A stretch of DNA of 32,000 nucleotides, taken from the NCBI RefSeq assembly GCF_000400465.1, contig NW_008806293.1, positions 154,280-186,279 of the forward strand, written 5' to 3'. Every line of letters begins with the position of its first letter. Within the stretch, counting starts at the first letter, position 1. Source of the stretch: Wallemia ichthyophaga EXF-994 (taxonomy: Eukaryota > Fungi > Basidiomycota). A program made the position numbers and the translations under genes. The notes beneath the pieces are model-generated. The model did no database searches. It had not been told where the DNA came from and was given only the letters and a program-made list of their open reading frames with translations. Shown piece by piece: positions 20,001 through 30,374 of the stretch.

Positions 20001-21295
20001 AAGAAAAATAGAGTCGGTAGTGAACTTAAATCTATGGTTAAGGCGCCTCCTGGATATGCCTTTGTTGGAGCAGATGTTGACTCGGAGGAGCTTTGGATTT
20101 GTTCAACCCTCGGTGACGCTCAGTTTGGTGTACAGGGTGCCACTTCTATCGGATGGATGACACTGGAAGGTACTAAAAATGCCGGTACTGATCTGCACTC
20201 CGTCTCAGCCAAAATTCTTGGTATCTCCAGAGACCAAGCCAAGGTATGTTGGGTGTTTAACTAAATTTTTGCACACTTACATCCACGCAGGTCTTCAACT
20301 ATTCACGTATATACGGCGCTGGTGTGAAGCATGCAGTCCAACTGCTCCTAAAATCAAACCCATCAATGAGCGAAGCAGAAGCCAAGCAACGAGCGACAGA
20401 TCTCTACGCTGCAACAAAAGGTATGACCATGAAAGAGGCATTCGGGAGAAAGTTTTGGTTTGGCGGAACTGAATCATACGTCTTCAATAAACTCGAAGAA
20501 ATTGCACTGAGTGACAGACCGCGTACACCTACGCTTGGGTGCGAGATCACAGCTGCACTCGCAAAGAAACATCTTCCCTCCTCTGGCAGCAATTTCATGA
20601 CGAGCAGGGTGAATTGGGTGGTACAGAGCAGTGGAGTTGATTACCTCCACATGCTCATCGTTTCCATGGATCATCTCATTAACAAGTACAAGTTGAATGC
20701 GAGGTACTTGATATCGGTGCATGACGAGATACGCTTTTTGGTTGAGGAGAAGGATAAACATAGACTGGCACTGGCTCTGCAGATATCCAATCTATGGACG
20801 CGAGCCATGTTCACATACAAGTTGGGGATGGACGATCTACCCATGTCAGTTGCATTCTTCTCTGGTGTAGATGTCGACCATGTGTTCAGGAAGGAGGTTG
20901 ACATGGACTGTGTCACTCCGTCAAACCTTACACCTATAGAACCTGGCGAGTGTCTCGACATTGAATCCATCCTTTCGCTTACTAGTGGATCGCTCATGGA
21001 GGACGGATCTCCGATGGAAGAAGTCCCACCGCTTCATGTGCCCGCGTTAGATGGTCACTTACACATTGAAAACCATCGCCCGCTCACCACTCATTTCCTC
21101 AAAGCACAGTCGGCAGATTCTGTCTCGCAGATACGCATGCTCGAGAAGCGGGCCAAGGCTACTGCATCTGATGAAATTTTGCAAAACACACACACATCGC
21201 ATGACATACCCGTATCTAAAAAAACGCCGTCCGCGCAACACAAGAAGACCCCCGTAAGGAAAGTAAACGTCGTGCGTAAGCTGAGTAAACCTTGA
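17073..21295 (+). CDS. MIP1: Mitochondrial DNA polymerase gamma; exons 17073-17097, 17146-20243, 20291-21295
   Basis: ExoI VFDVET, ExoII IGHNVGFDRARL, ExoIII YCAVDV, PolA VGADVDSEELWI, PolB RDQAKVFNYSRIYGAG (spliced across a 47-nt intron) and PolC ISVHDEIRF. The first short exon is less certain. Confidence 0.95.
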
Positions 21296-21398
21296 GTATG
21301 TTAAGATTATTATTTGTTTAGTTTTGTGTATTTTGTAAATTATAAGCAATTGCATTAATTGGGATTTAAAATATCTATATGTTACTCCACTGCTCCGC

Positions 21399-22493
21399 CT
21401 ACAGCTGAATCACAGTCTTTCCGTGCTTGTCACCTCTAAGCAAGTCCAAGAATGCCTGTGAAGTTGCTTCGATGCCGTTGTAGACGTGATTTTTGACGTC
21501 CAGCTTACCCTCCTTTATCATGGAAGGTATGGTAGCCATGAATTCTTCTTCGATTGTGTTGTACTTTGATTCATGAAATGGCTTCTGTGGAATCAACTCG
21601 AAAGTGATAAACCCTTGGAATGATAGGCGCTTTGCAACGATTTGGAAGGTGTTTTTGATACCATACGCCTCAGCACCGGAGTTGTAAGTTGCAATTTGAC
21701 CGCAGCACTAATGGGAATGAGCCTGTGATCATTTGAGTGGAGATCAACCTACAATTACGCGTCCGTAGACATTGATTTGGTCCAAAACATCTTCCAACAT
21801 CTTCCCACCAACGTTGTCGTAGAATATGTCGCATCCGAATGCAGCCAATTCCTTTCGAGTATCGCTCGTCTTGTAGTTAAAAGCGCGGTCGACACCGAGT
21901 GTCTTCTCGCAATAATCGACCTTCTCGTCGCTACCTACAGCAGCCAACACCTTTAAACCATCCATCTTGCACAGCTGGCATAACATTTGTCCAATGCCGC
22001 CTGAAGCTGCGCTGATAAAGATCTTCTCACCAGCCTTACCCCTTACAAGCTGCTTATAGCTGTAGTAAGCTGTTTTTCCCGGCAAGCCACATGCACCAAT
22101 CAGGGTTTCGTTTGGAAGTTCAGCGTCGGTGATATCCGTATAGAAGGCATTCGAGGCTTCAGTAACGAGTGCGTATTCGGAAAAAGGTAGAGTGAAGCCA
22201 GCGTAATATTTTCTATCTACTTTGAAATGCGCGTTGTTGCTCTTCAGGACAATGACGACACCGCCATTGTCGATTGGCTCTCCGAGGGTGAATGGCGGCA
22301 CGTAGGTTTCAATGCTGGGATCCCTCATCCTGCTCCTCATATACGGATCGAGGCTGAGCATTTCTACCTTGAGAATAGCCTCCCCAGGAGCGAGTTGACG
22401 GTCGAGGTCGAATTGCTGAGTGACGATCTTTAGCGAATCGACTGGCTCGTGATTTGGGATAGAATCAAATAAAACTGTCTTATTGGAGACCAT
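21399..22493 (-). CDS. Zn-independent MDR NADP-dependent alkenal/enone (double-bond) reductase, PTGR-like, copy A; exons 22493-21753, 21707-21399
   Basis: LSLDPYMRSRM, GLPGKTAY, ISAASGGIG, DIFYDNVGG, CGQIATYN and KRLSFQGF; a 45-nt intron restores the frame. Confidence 0.88.
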
Positions 22494-22908
22494 GTTGTTT
22501 GAAACTAAGGGAGAAGACAGAGTGACGTAATTCACCGAACACGCTTATAAATACGTGCCCTTTCAAACACATTACAAATCATGGCAAAATCAGCGTCAAA
22601 ACGACGCAATCAGGCAAATGCCGCGACATACACGTCGATACTCGTGGATAAGACATAATGGTTGGCAGTGACAAGTGATGTAACCGGTTATATCCGGCTG
22701 TGGAAATTGAGACCAAATGCCTTCACACGCATAAAATACCATACAGGGAATCATGCGGCGTACGAGGCGAAAATTAATAATCTTGAGATAATTTTACACA
22801 TTTATAAGCAGATGAATTAATAATCTTCGTGAAACTACTGTGGAGGCGAACAGGGCTATAAAATGCGCGACCAGTATCACACGAACAACCAACATTAAAC
22901 TTTCAGAA

Positions 22909-24067
22909 ATGGTACAAAACAAGTCTGTAATCTTCAACGAAATTCCACACGGTGAACCAAAGTTGGACCAAACACTTAAAGTCAAGAGTGATGAGTTCGA
23001 TACACAACAGGACATCGCAGACGGTTCCGTAATGCTCAAGGTCATCACCCTCTCCATCGACCCTTACCAAAGAGGTAGAATGCGTGCACCAGACAGCGAA
23101 TCATACGTCCCTCCATTCTACGTCGGCCAACCAATTCAAAACCACGGTGTCGCCCGTGTTCTTAAGTCCAAGAACGCTGCTTTCAAGGAAGGTGCTCTTG
23201 TTTATGGTGGTTTGCCATTCTCAGAGTACATGGTTCTCAATGAACAATTCGCCCAAGGCCTAAAGGACGTCAGCGACAGCGGCATTGCTCCAGAAACCCT
23301 CGTTGGTGCTTGCGGTATGCCAGGCAGAACCGCTTACATGTCCTTCTATCACGTTGGTCAGCCTAAGGCAGGTCAAAGCATCTACGTCAGTGCTGGTGCT
23401 GGTGCTGTCGGTGCTTTGGTTATCCAATACGCAAAGAAGACTGGTTTGAAGGTTGGTAATCTATTACTCTGTTGGATTGACAGTCTAACTCGTACGAAAA
23501 GGTCATCGCTAGTGCTGGTTCAGCTGAAAAGGTTGAATTATGTCGCCAAGTCGGTGCAGACGCTGCCTTCAACTACAAAGAGTCAAGCACAAAGGAGGAA
23601 ATCAAGAAGTTCGGCGGTATCGACATTTTCTACGACAATGTTGGTGGTAAAATGCTTGATGGTGAGTGCTTTAGGAGGAAAATTTTGACCATATTCTAAC
23701 TACAATCCCCACAGATGTCCTCGAAGTTATTAACCCAGATGGTCTTGTCATCATGTGCGGTGCCATTAGTCAATACAACAGCGCAGGTGAAATGTACGGT
23801 CTCAAGAATACCGTTCAACTCGTATTCAAGAGATTGACCACGAAGGGCTTCATCGTTTTCTATCTCCACGACAAGCCAAGCAGCCACCCAGACTTTTCAG
23901 GTAAGACTCTTGACGATGAGTTCACTGCAATCGTTCCAAAACTCGTCAAGGAAGGCTCAATCAAGATCAAGGAGCACGTTTACAACGGTATTGAGAAAGC
24001 ACCAGAAGCCTTTATTGACATGCTCAGCGGCAAGAACGTCGGTAAGGTTGTTGTCAAGCTTGAGTAA
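22909..24067 (+). CDS. Zn-independent MDR NADP-dependent alkenal/enone reductase, copy B; exons 22909-23451, 23502-23661, 23715-24067
   Basis: LSIDPYQRGRM, GMPGRTAY, VSAGAGAVG, DIFYDNVGG, CGAISQYN and GKNVGKVVV; introns of 50 and 53 nt. Confidence 0.9.
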
Positions 24068-24271
24068 GCGCTTTAGTCATCTATACTTTAAACACGCACT
24101 GCTATTTAATTCTTGTATCATTTAACGTCAAAATTCGATCAAAGCATTTTCTTGAATGATTTGTTGTGATTTGTATTTGTTTGTAATTGCTTATTGCTAC
24201 TAGGAATCACGCTGCCTTCCTCTTCCTACTTAACGATCTGCAGACTGATAGCAGCCGTTGTGGCGCTGAAA

Positions 24272-25445
24272 ATGGGGAGAGCATCCAAGATTATATCCGC
24301 CGGCAGCCTTGAATTCACTACGACGTGCACAACTTCGTCATACCCAAAAGAAGGCGCCAAAGTTAAAAGCAAATCGCAGCACAGCAGCGTGCAAGGGGCT
24401 TCAACTGTTCTAAATGCTCTTTCTAGCTTACCGAATACTGAGTGTTATATGTACTCGCAGCTTGGGCGAGATTTGACCAGCAACTGCGTCAAAGCCCAGC
24501 TCGCTGAGGAGGGGATTTCAACCGAGTACATCTACAAATCAGACTCTGCGGCTATTCCTGTGGGTGAATTTGAGTGGTCGCTATATAAGTTCGTCTAACG
24601 CGTCTCGCAGCACACTTTCGTTATCAACAACACCTCCAACAATACGAAAACAAGGCTCAACCACTCGAGCGGCGCCGGATCCAGCTCTCTACCGCCGCTG
24701 GAGTATTTTGATAGAGTCTTACAACAATTCAATTTCGACTGGATACACTTCGACGGCCAGACAACAACGAATCTGTATGAGACAATCAAGCATCTGCGAA
24801 AGGGTAAAGGTGAAGGCGTCGACGATATGGGACTCCCAAGATACAAGAACACACTCATATCAATCAGTTGTTTCAACAAGTTGAAGCCAGACATGGTGGA
24901 CTGTCTTCCATTTGCGGATTTTGTCTTTTTCAACAAGGAATTTGTAAATGTGAGTGTTTACTGGTGTGTTGAATTATCTCTAACGCTTCACTCAGAAAAG
25001 CGGATTTGACGATGCGAGGACTTTTCTCCTCTTCATGTCGCTGAGGGTCTCACCTAGAGCAACTATTTACTGCATTTGGGATGAGAGGACGTCTTTCATG
25101 CTTTCGCTAAAGTCTTCGGAGTATATCAAGAGCGAGAATACACGTCGACCTCTTGCACCTTCTTCTCGCTCGAAATCATACTCTAACTCAAATTACATCG
25201 ATGAAGCGTTTGTTGCAGGTGCAATATACGCCACACTAGCGCGAGCTACCTCAATTAACGGCAATTTCAATGGCAAACTGGACAACCAGAAGGTGTTGCA
25301 GTTTGCAACTGACATGATGGGTCTGAAGGGCGCGGGAGTGCCTTTACAGGACATTGGAGGGATTCTTATCAGAGAAGGATGGTTTACTGATATCAGTGGA
25401 GGTGTTCAGAGTCTTGAGCGTACTAAGAGCACTGAAAGCTCTTAA
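24272..25445 (+). CDS. PfkB/ribokinase-fold protein, ketohexokinase-like, with a degenerate catalytic motif; exons 24272-24559, 24611-24949, 24996-25445
   Basis: YPKEG, WIHFDG, ADFVFFNKEF, YCIWDERTS and FVAGAIY follow the ketohexokinase-like PfkB layout; introns of 51 and 46 nt join the frames. GAGD is absent. Confidence 0.7.
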
Positions 25446-25581
25446 AGGGTATTCGGAGGACAAATACCAGCACTACTCAACCCCACCAAGATCCACTCAC
25501 GCATCATATATCCACTAGCATTAAATAACATGCATGTCTTTATGTATACCTTTATTCGGATTCGTATTCGTACAAAAGGAC

Positions 25582-26429
25582 TCAACGACCCATCCATCCA
25601 CCATCGACAGTAAGCATCTCCCCACTGAGATACTTGGATGCCTCACTTGCGAGGAATATCACTGGGCCGACAAAGTCAGCAGGCTCACCCCATCTACTAG
25701 CAGGAATGCGCTCATTCAGCTGTCTCAATCTGTTTGGATCAGCGAGCAACTTCTCATTCATATCGGTAGCAACGTAACCTGGCGCGATAGCGTTGACATT
25801 GACATTCTCCTTACTCCATTCGTTTGAAAGTGCCTTGGTAAGCTGACCGACTGCACCTTTAGCAGATGCATAAGCTGGGACAGTGAATCCACCTTGGAAT
25901 GACAATAGTGAGCCAAAGTTGATTATTTTTCCGTGTCTTCTGGGTACCATGTGTCTTCCTGCTGCCTGAGACAACAACCAAACAGATTTCAAATTAACGT
26001 TGATTACGTCGTCCCAGTCTGATTCGCTGAACTCTGTGCTTGGCGAGCGTCTTTGTATACCACCGCAGTTAATCAGAACATCAATGTGTCCACCGTCTGC
26101 CACTCTAACGGCCTTATCGAACACACCCTTAACAGCATCCATATCGGATAAATCTGCGATGACTATATCAGCCTTACTGCCGGCCTGTGTGATTTGATCT
26201 TTTGTTGCTGTGTTGGAGGTGTCTCTCTGCACGAGAATGACATGCTTAGCGCCAGCCTTTGCAAGTCCAATAGCGCAAGCCTGGCCAATACCACGGGTAG
26301 CACCGCTGCGAGTGTGTGAGAGCTGTCAGTAAGTGTAGCATATACATACGTGATTAAAACATTCTGACCTTGCAGTCCAAACAATGCGCTTGGGTTTGAT
26401 GCGTTTTGTGTTTTGGAAAGGGAAGACAT
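25582..26429 (-). CDS. Short-chain dehydrogenase/reductase, KduD / gluconate-5-dehydrogenase-like; exons 26429-26350, 26305-25582
   Basis: TGATRGIG, DVLINCGGIQRR, catalytic YASAK, KIINFGSLLSFQGG, VNAIAPGYVATDMN and VDGGWMGR; 44-nt intron. Confidence 0.9.
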
Positions 26430-26537
26430 TTTTATACTTTTGGTTGTAGTCAAATAAGTTGCAATGCGTGGATGCTAATTATGAATTAAAAATACAATCC
26501 CGATTTTATCTGCTCAAACGCTCAACGATGACATCAC

Positions 26538-26565
26538 TCCGTTCGGATCGCTAACCGGAGCGGAG
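26538..26565. promoter_or_regulatory. CGG-triplet cluster (TCCG-TT-CGGA; CCGGAGCGGAG) in a 198-bp bidirectional promoter, candidate Zn2Cys6 site
   Basis: The motifs are seen directly; the assignment to a Zn-cluster factor is inference. Confidence 0.3.
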
Positions 26566-26627
26566 TTTATCGCGATTATAAGAAGAAGCGATCGGCTTTG
26601 TCCACTGCTACAAAATTACACAAAACC

Positions 26628-27711
26628 ATGTCCAAAGTAAGCTTACAGTAATACTGCCACTACCAAACCCACTAATAATTGCAGATTCTTATCAGCGGTA
26701 CCATCGTATGGGCACATAGCGAAATTGAGCAGCTCAAGCAGTTCGGCGAGGTCGTGCAGCTCACTTCAACCTCACGCCAGCAGTTTTACGAGGACCTTCA
26801 AACCAAGTACGCCAACACTGTCGCAATCTATAGACACAACGATAGCGCAGGCAAGATTGGCGTGTACGACAAGGAGCTTATTGACAAACTTCCTTCGACC
26901 GTTAAATTCATCTGCCACAACGGCGCTGGGTATGATCAGATAGATGTTGCTGCTGCCACCGCTAGAGGTGAGTTGCTTTGATGGCAATATCTCAGTGCAA
27001 ATAAATTAACACACCACAGGCATTCAAGTCTCGCACACACCAGCTGCAGTCGACGACGCAACAGCCACTACAGCCATGTTCTTGATAGTATCTTCATTAC
27101 GTCAGTACTGGAAGGCAGAAGTGAATGCGAGAAACGGCGTTTTCAAGCAGGGTTTGAAGCCTGCGTCGGATCCTGAGGGAAAGACGTTAGGCATTATTGG
27201 TATGGGTGGTATTGGCGGGGCTGTCGCACGCAGAGCGCTCGGTTTCGATATGAAGATCAAGTACCATAACAGGAGGGAGATTCAGCCGCGCCCAAGCTTC
27301 CCCTGCGAGTATGTCAGCACGATGGATGAGCTCCTGGCCACCTCAGACGTCGTCTCGCTCAACCTCCCACTTAACGAAAAGACGGTAAATTCATTCGGCA
27401 AAGATCAATTCAGCAAGATGAAGGATGGCGCCGTTCTCATAAACACGGCTAGAGGGGGTGTCGTGGAGCAGGAAGCCTTCATTGACGCTCTCAAATCTGG
27501 CAAGCTCTCGTCGGCGGGTCTCGACGTCTACCCAGAAGAGCCAAAGATCGACCAGCGACTGATCGACATGCCCAATATCACCCTCCTCCCGCACATGGGC
27601 ACTGAGACCCGCGAGACGCAGCACAAGATGGAAGTCTTGGTCATCGACAACATCAAGAGCGCCATCTCCTCCGGCAAGTTGCTCAACCAGGTGCACGAAC
27701 AGAAGAACTAA
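26628..27711 (+). CDS. D-isomer-specific 2-hydroxyacid dehydrogenase (glyoxylate / 2-keto sugar-acid reductase family); exons 26628-26636, 26685-26967, 27020-27711
   Basis: HNGAGYDQID, GIIGMGGIG, YHNRR, INTARG, GLDVYPEEP and LPHMG; introns of 48 and 52 nt. Confidence 0.9.
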
Positions 27712-27781
27712 TGTAATATATGCTGTATTGATGATTGTCCGTTTGCTTTTGTTTAGAATCATTTTAAGTATTGCTCCATCC

Positions 27782-28593
27782 TCACCTCCCCAAACGCTGT
27801 TCGACTTTACCGTATGCATAGAGTGCTTTTGTTAATGTGTACTGTTTAAGTGGGCCGCGCGAAAAGGGTAGGCGGAAAGCGTCGTGGTATATCTCACCAA
27901 CCCTCAGCTGCCAGGGTGGAAACCCGTTCATCTGCAGACTCCTACTGATGAATGATGGCTGGAGATGGTGCACTACGATAAGTTCCGGGTCGTCATGCTT
28001 GTACCATCTCTTCATCAGGCTGTCTGTGAATGCTATCCTCTGCGTATGCGTCTCAAACTCCTCCCTATGCACATCCTCTGCTACGGTGAAGAATCGATCT
28101 GATGCCTCGTCGCCGGACAGCACCCTCACGGATATTCCCTTATTGAGTCTCCTCGGCGCTATCTTTGGTGTGGGTGGTGGAGAAAGGGGTGGAGTGTCTG
28201 CGACAAGATCGTCGTCCTGGATATCGCTGTAATATTTTTTGAGAGTGCCTGCATATTGACACCGTTGTGAGCGTGGTAAGCGCTGGACAACAAACACCCA
28301 CCTGTACTCTCATATATCATCAACTGCTGTACGCCCATCTTCTCACACCAGCTGGTCGCGTTACGTGCGCTATCGATGAGCCATTGCAGCTGCTTGTTGC
28401 GCCTCCATAGACCAGAGGATTCGTTCATAATCAGTATCACCGCTATCGACTTGGGTGGGTTGACGTTGTAGCTCCTCCGCCTCCTTAGCGACGCCTTGAC
28501 ACTCTTATATAGCTGAGTTATGATATGCAATGCATGCAATAGCAGTAGCAGTCCTAACAGCGCTGCTCGCTTTATAATGGCGATCACCTGCAT
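27782..28593 (-). CDS. NUS1: Cis-prenyltransferase (dehydrodolichyl-PP synthase) subunit Nus1/NgBR; exons 28593-28302, 28248-27782
   Basis: N-terminal TM segment, PKSIAVIL, SWCEKMGV..L.IYESTG, DPELI...MNGFPPWQLRVGEI and C-terminal EQRLGR (RxG motif); 53-nt intron. Confidence 0.85.
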
Positions 28594-28931
28594 GACTGTG
28601 TATGATGGAGAGATTGATCGTCAAAGATGCCGAATTTAGGGTAATGTTTTACAATATATAAGCCAACAAATTATCGAAACTCAGACGGATTCTTGAACTC
28701 CTCCGAGTCATTTATTAGCATTCAGAGTCAGCGTGGCTTAACTCGTAGCTCAATCAATGAATAAGTTCTCAACCAGCAAATTGGCATTTTATACTTAAGT
28801 TTACTTGATCAGATCAGCTTTTGATCCGACGAAAAAGATTGACACCTATCAATCTTAAGCCCAGTTTAACAGTAATGTTCGAATTAAATCCACAAATAGG
28901 ATAGTACAAGAGGTAATACATAGGGATAACC

Positions 28932-29307
28932 TTAAATGGCAGAAATTGGAACACATCCCTAATAAAGAAATTAGACAATTTACCAGAATGTCTAAGACAA
29001 TACACACCAAGTTGGCAAGGCCATTTTGAGTTTGGTCACTGCAGCAAGCAGCTGTAGTCTTGCATTGGTTAGAGATCGGAACACCGACGACTGCAGCAAT
29101 TTGGTCACATTCGAGTCCGACTTGACCAGCTAATTCATCGATACCGAGTAATCCGAGCGTACCAGTGTCGATGGAGGAGGCGTCCTTGACTTGGTTACAA
29201 CACTTGACACTATCAGTAGAGCAGTCACCGGCTCTCATTTGCAGCTTGGCTGCGAGTGAAGCGGAGAAGAAAGCGGAGGCAGAAAGGGCGATCGCAGAGA
29301 ATTGCAT
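28932..29307 (-). CDS. Class I hydrophobin; exons 29307-29008, 28958-28932
   Basis: Signal peptide plus the 8-Cys pattern C-X6-CC-X29-C-X14-C-X5-CC-X12-C; the eighth Cys (GCVPISAI*) is recovered by splicing a 49-nt intron. Confidence 0.93.
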
Positions 29308-29912
29308 TGAAGAAGACTTAAAGGTTGAGAGATGAAGATGTAGAGAAATACTGACTGAAATTTATGTGCTCAGGTAAATGCAATTAATTTGTGAAAAATT
29401 TAGATCGGCGAGCTTCTAGCACAAATAAATCACGCAAAAAGGAAATTCAGTACCCGCAGCTGTCGAAAACCGCAGGTATTAAGAAATGGAAGCAAATTTT
29501 TTCGGCGTTTGAGCGTCACAAAGGCAGACTAGAATGGCTTATCTCTGATCAAATCGGATTAGTCACTGTGACGCCTATCCAGCCTCGCTCAATCGATGTC
29601 GTTCATCATAAGCGCTCAAGGGCATCATTATACCCCTGTTTCACTCATGTTGGGTCTTTAGACGCGTAACTCAACATTGGAAGTAGAGTTTAGGTGTCGC
29701 ATTTCACTAATCAGTGTGAAATCTTGTCAAATTGAATAAATACAATACACAGGGGCTTCCTTTTACCTTCAAATTCAGCTGATATACAACTTTAGCCAAA
29801 TTACTTGGCATTTCACCAAATGACAAGATGTGATAACACCGAGAATCATCAGCCCAACTATGTATTTAAGAAGCACACATACATTCTCAACTCCTTATAT
29901 CTCAAGATAGAA

Positions 29913-30374
29913 ATTTACTTCAACAATGCTAAAGCTCTCGCCGTTTTCACCTTCACTGCCACCATCGCACCAGTAGCCTCTAAAAGTAACATCTCCCGTC
30001 GTGGAAATGATAGGGATGTCGAATACATAAAATGACAGCTCTGGCAAGGAGTTGATTCCAAGAATGACGACACTTACGGCAAATACGATAAACAAGACAA
30101 GCTATCCCACGAAGACGCGTTCAAGAAGCACCGCGAGGAGGTCGAAAAGCATATCAAGCCGAACAACGATACTGGCGAAAAGAACAAACCGGATTTCAAG
30201 GTTGGTGGTAGCGATGTTTGTTGAATGTTGGCTTACAATCAGAAGCAGAAGACAGACGAGTACAGGAATATAGTCGTTTACAAGAAACTTTCATCAACCC
30301 ACTTATCCATCCACTTCACGACATCTTCTTGGTTGAGTTCGGTGCATTCTCTAAGCGACTCAGACGCAGCCTGA
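29913..30374 (+). pseudogene. Candidate small gene or pseudogene interrupted by a single stop codon
   Basis: A coding-like 162-nt block at 30039-30200 is flanked by AG and GTTGGT splice signals; the upstream frames each contain one stop (see findings). Confidence 0.35.

Noticed and set aside
30033-30035. Genome-wide TGA=Trp recoding to explain the interrupted frames
   Set aside because: Several well-supported genes here terminate at TGA (4062, 8540, 21295).
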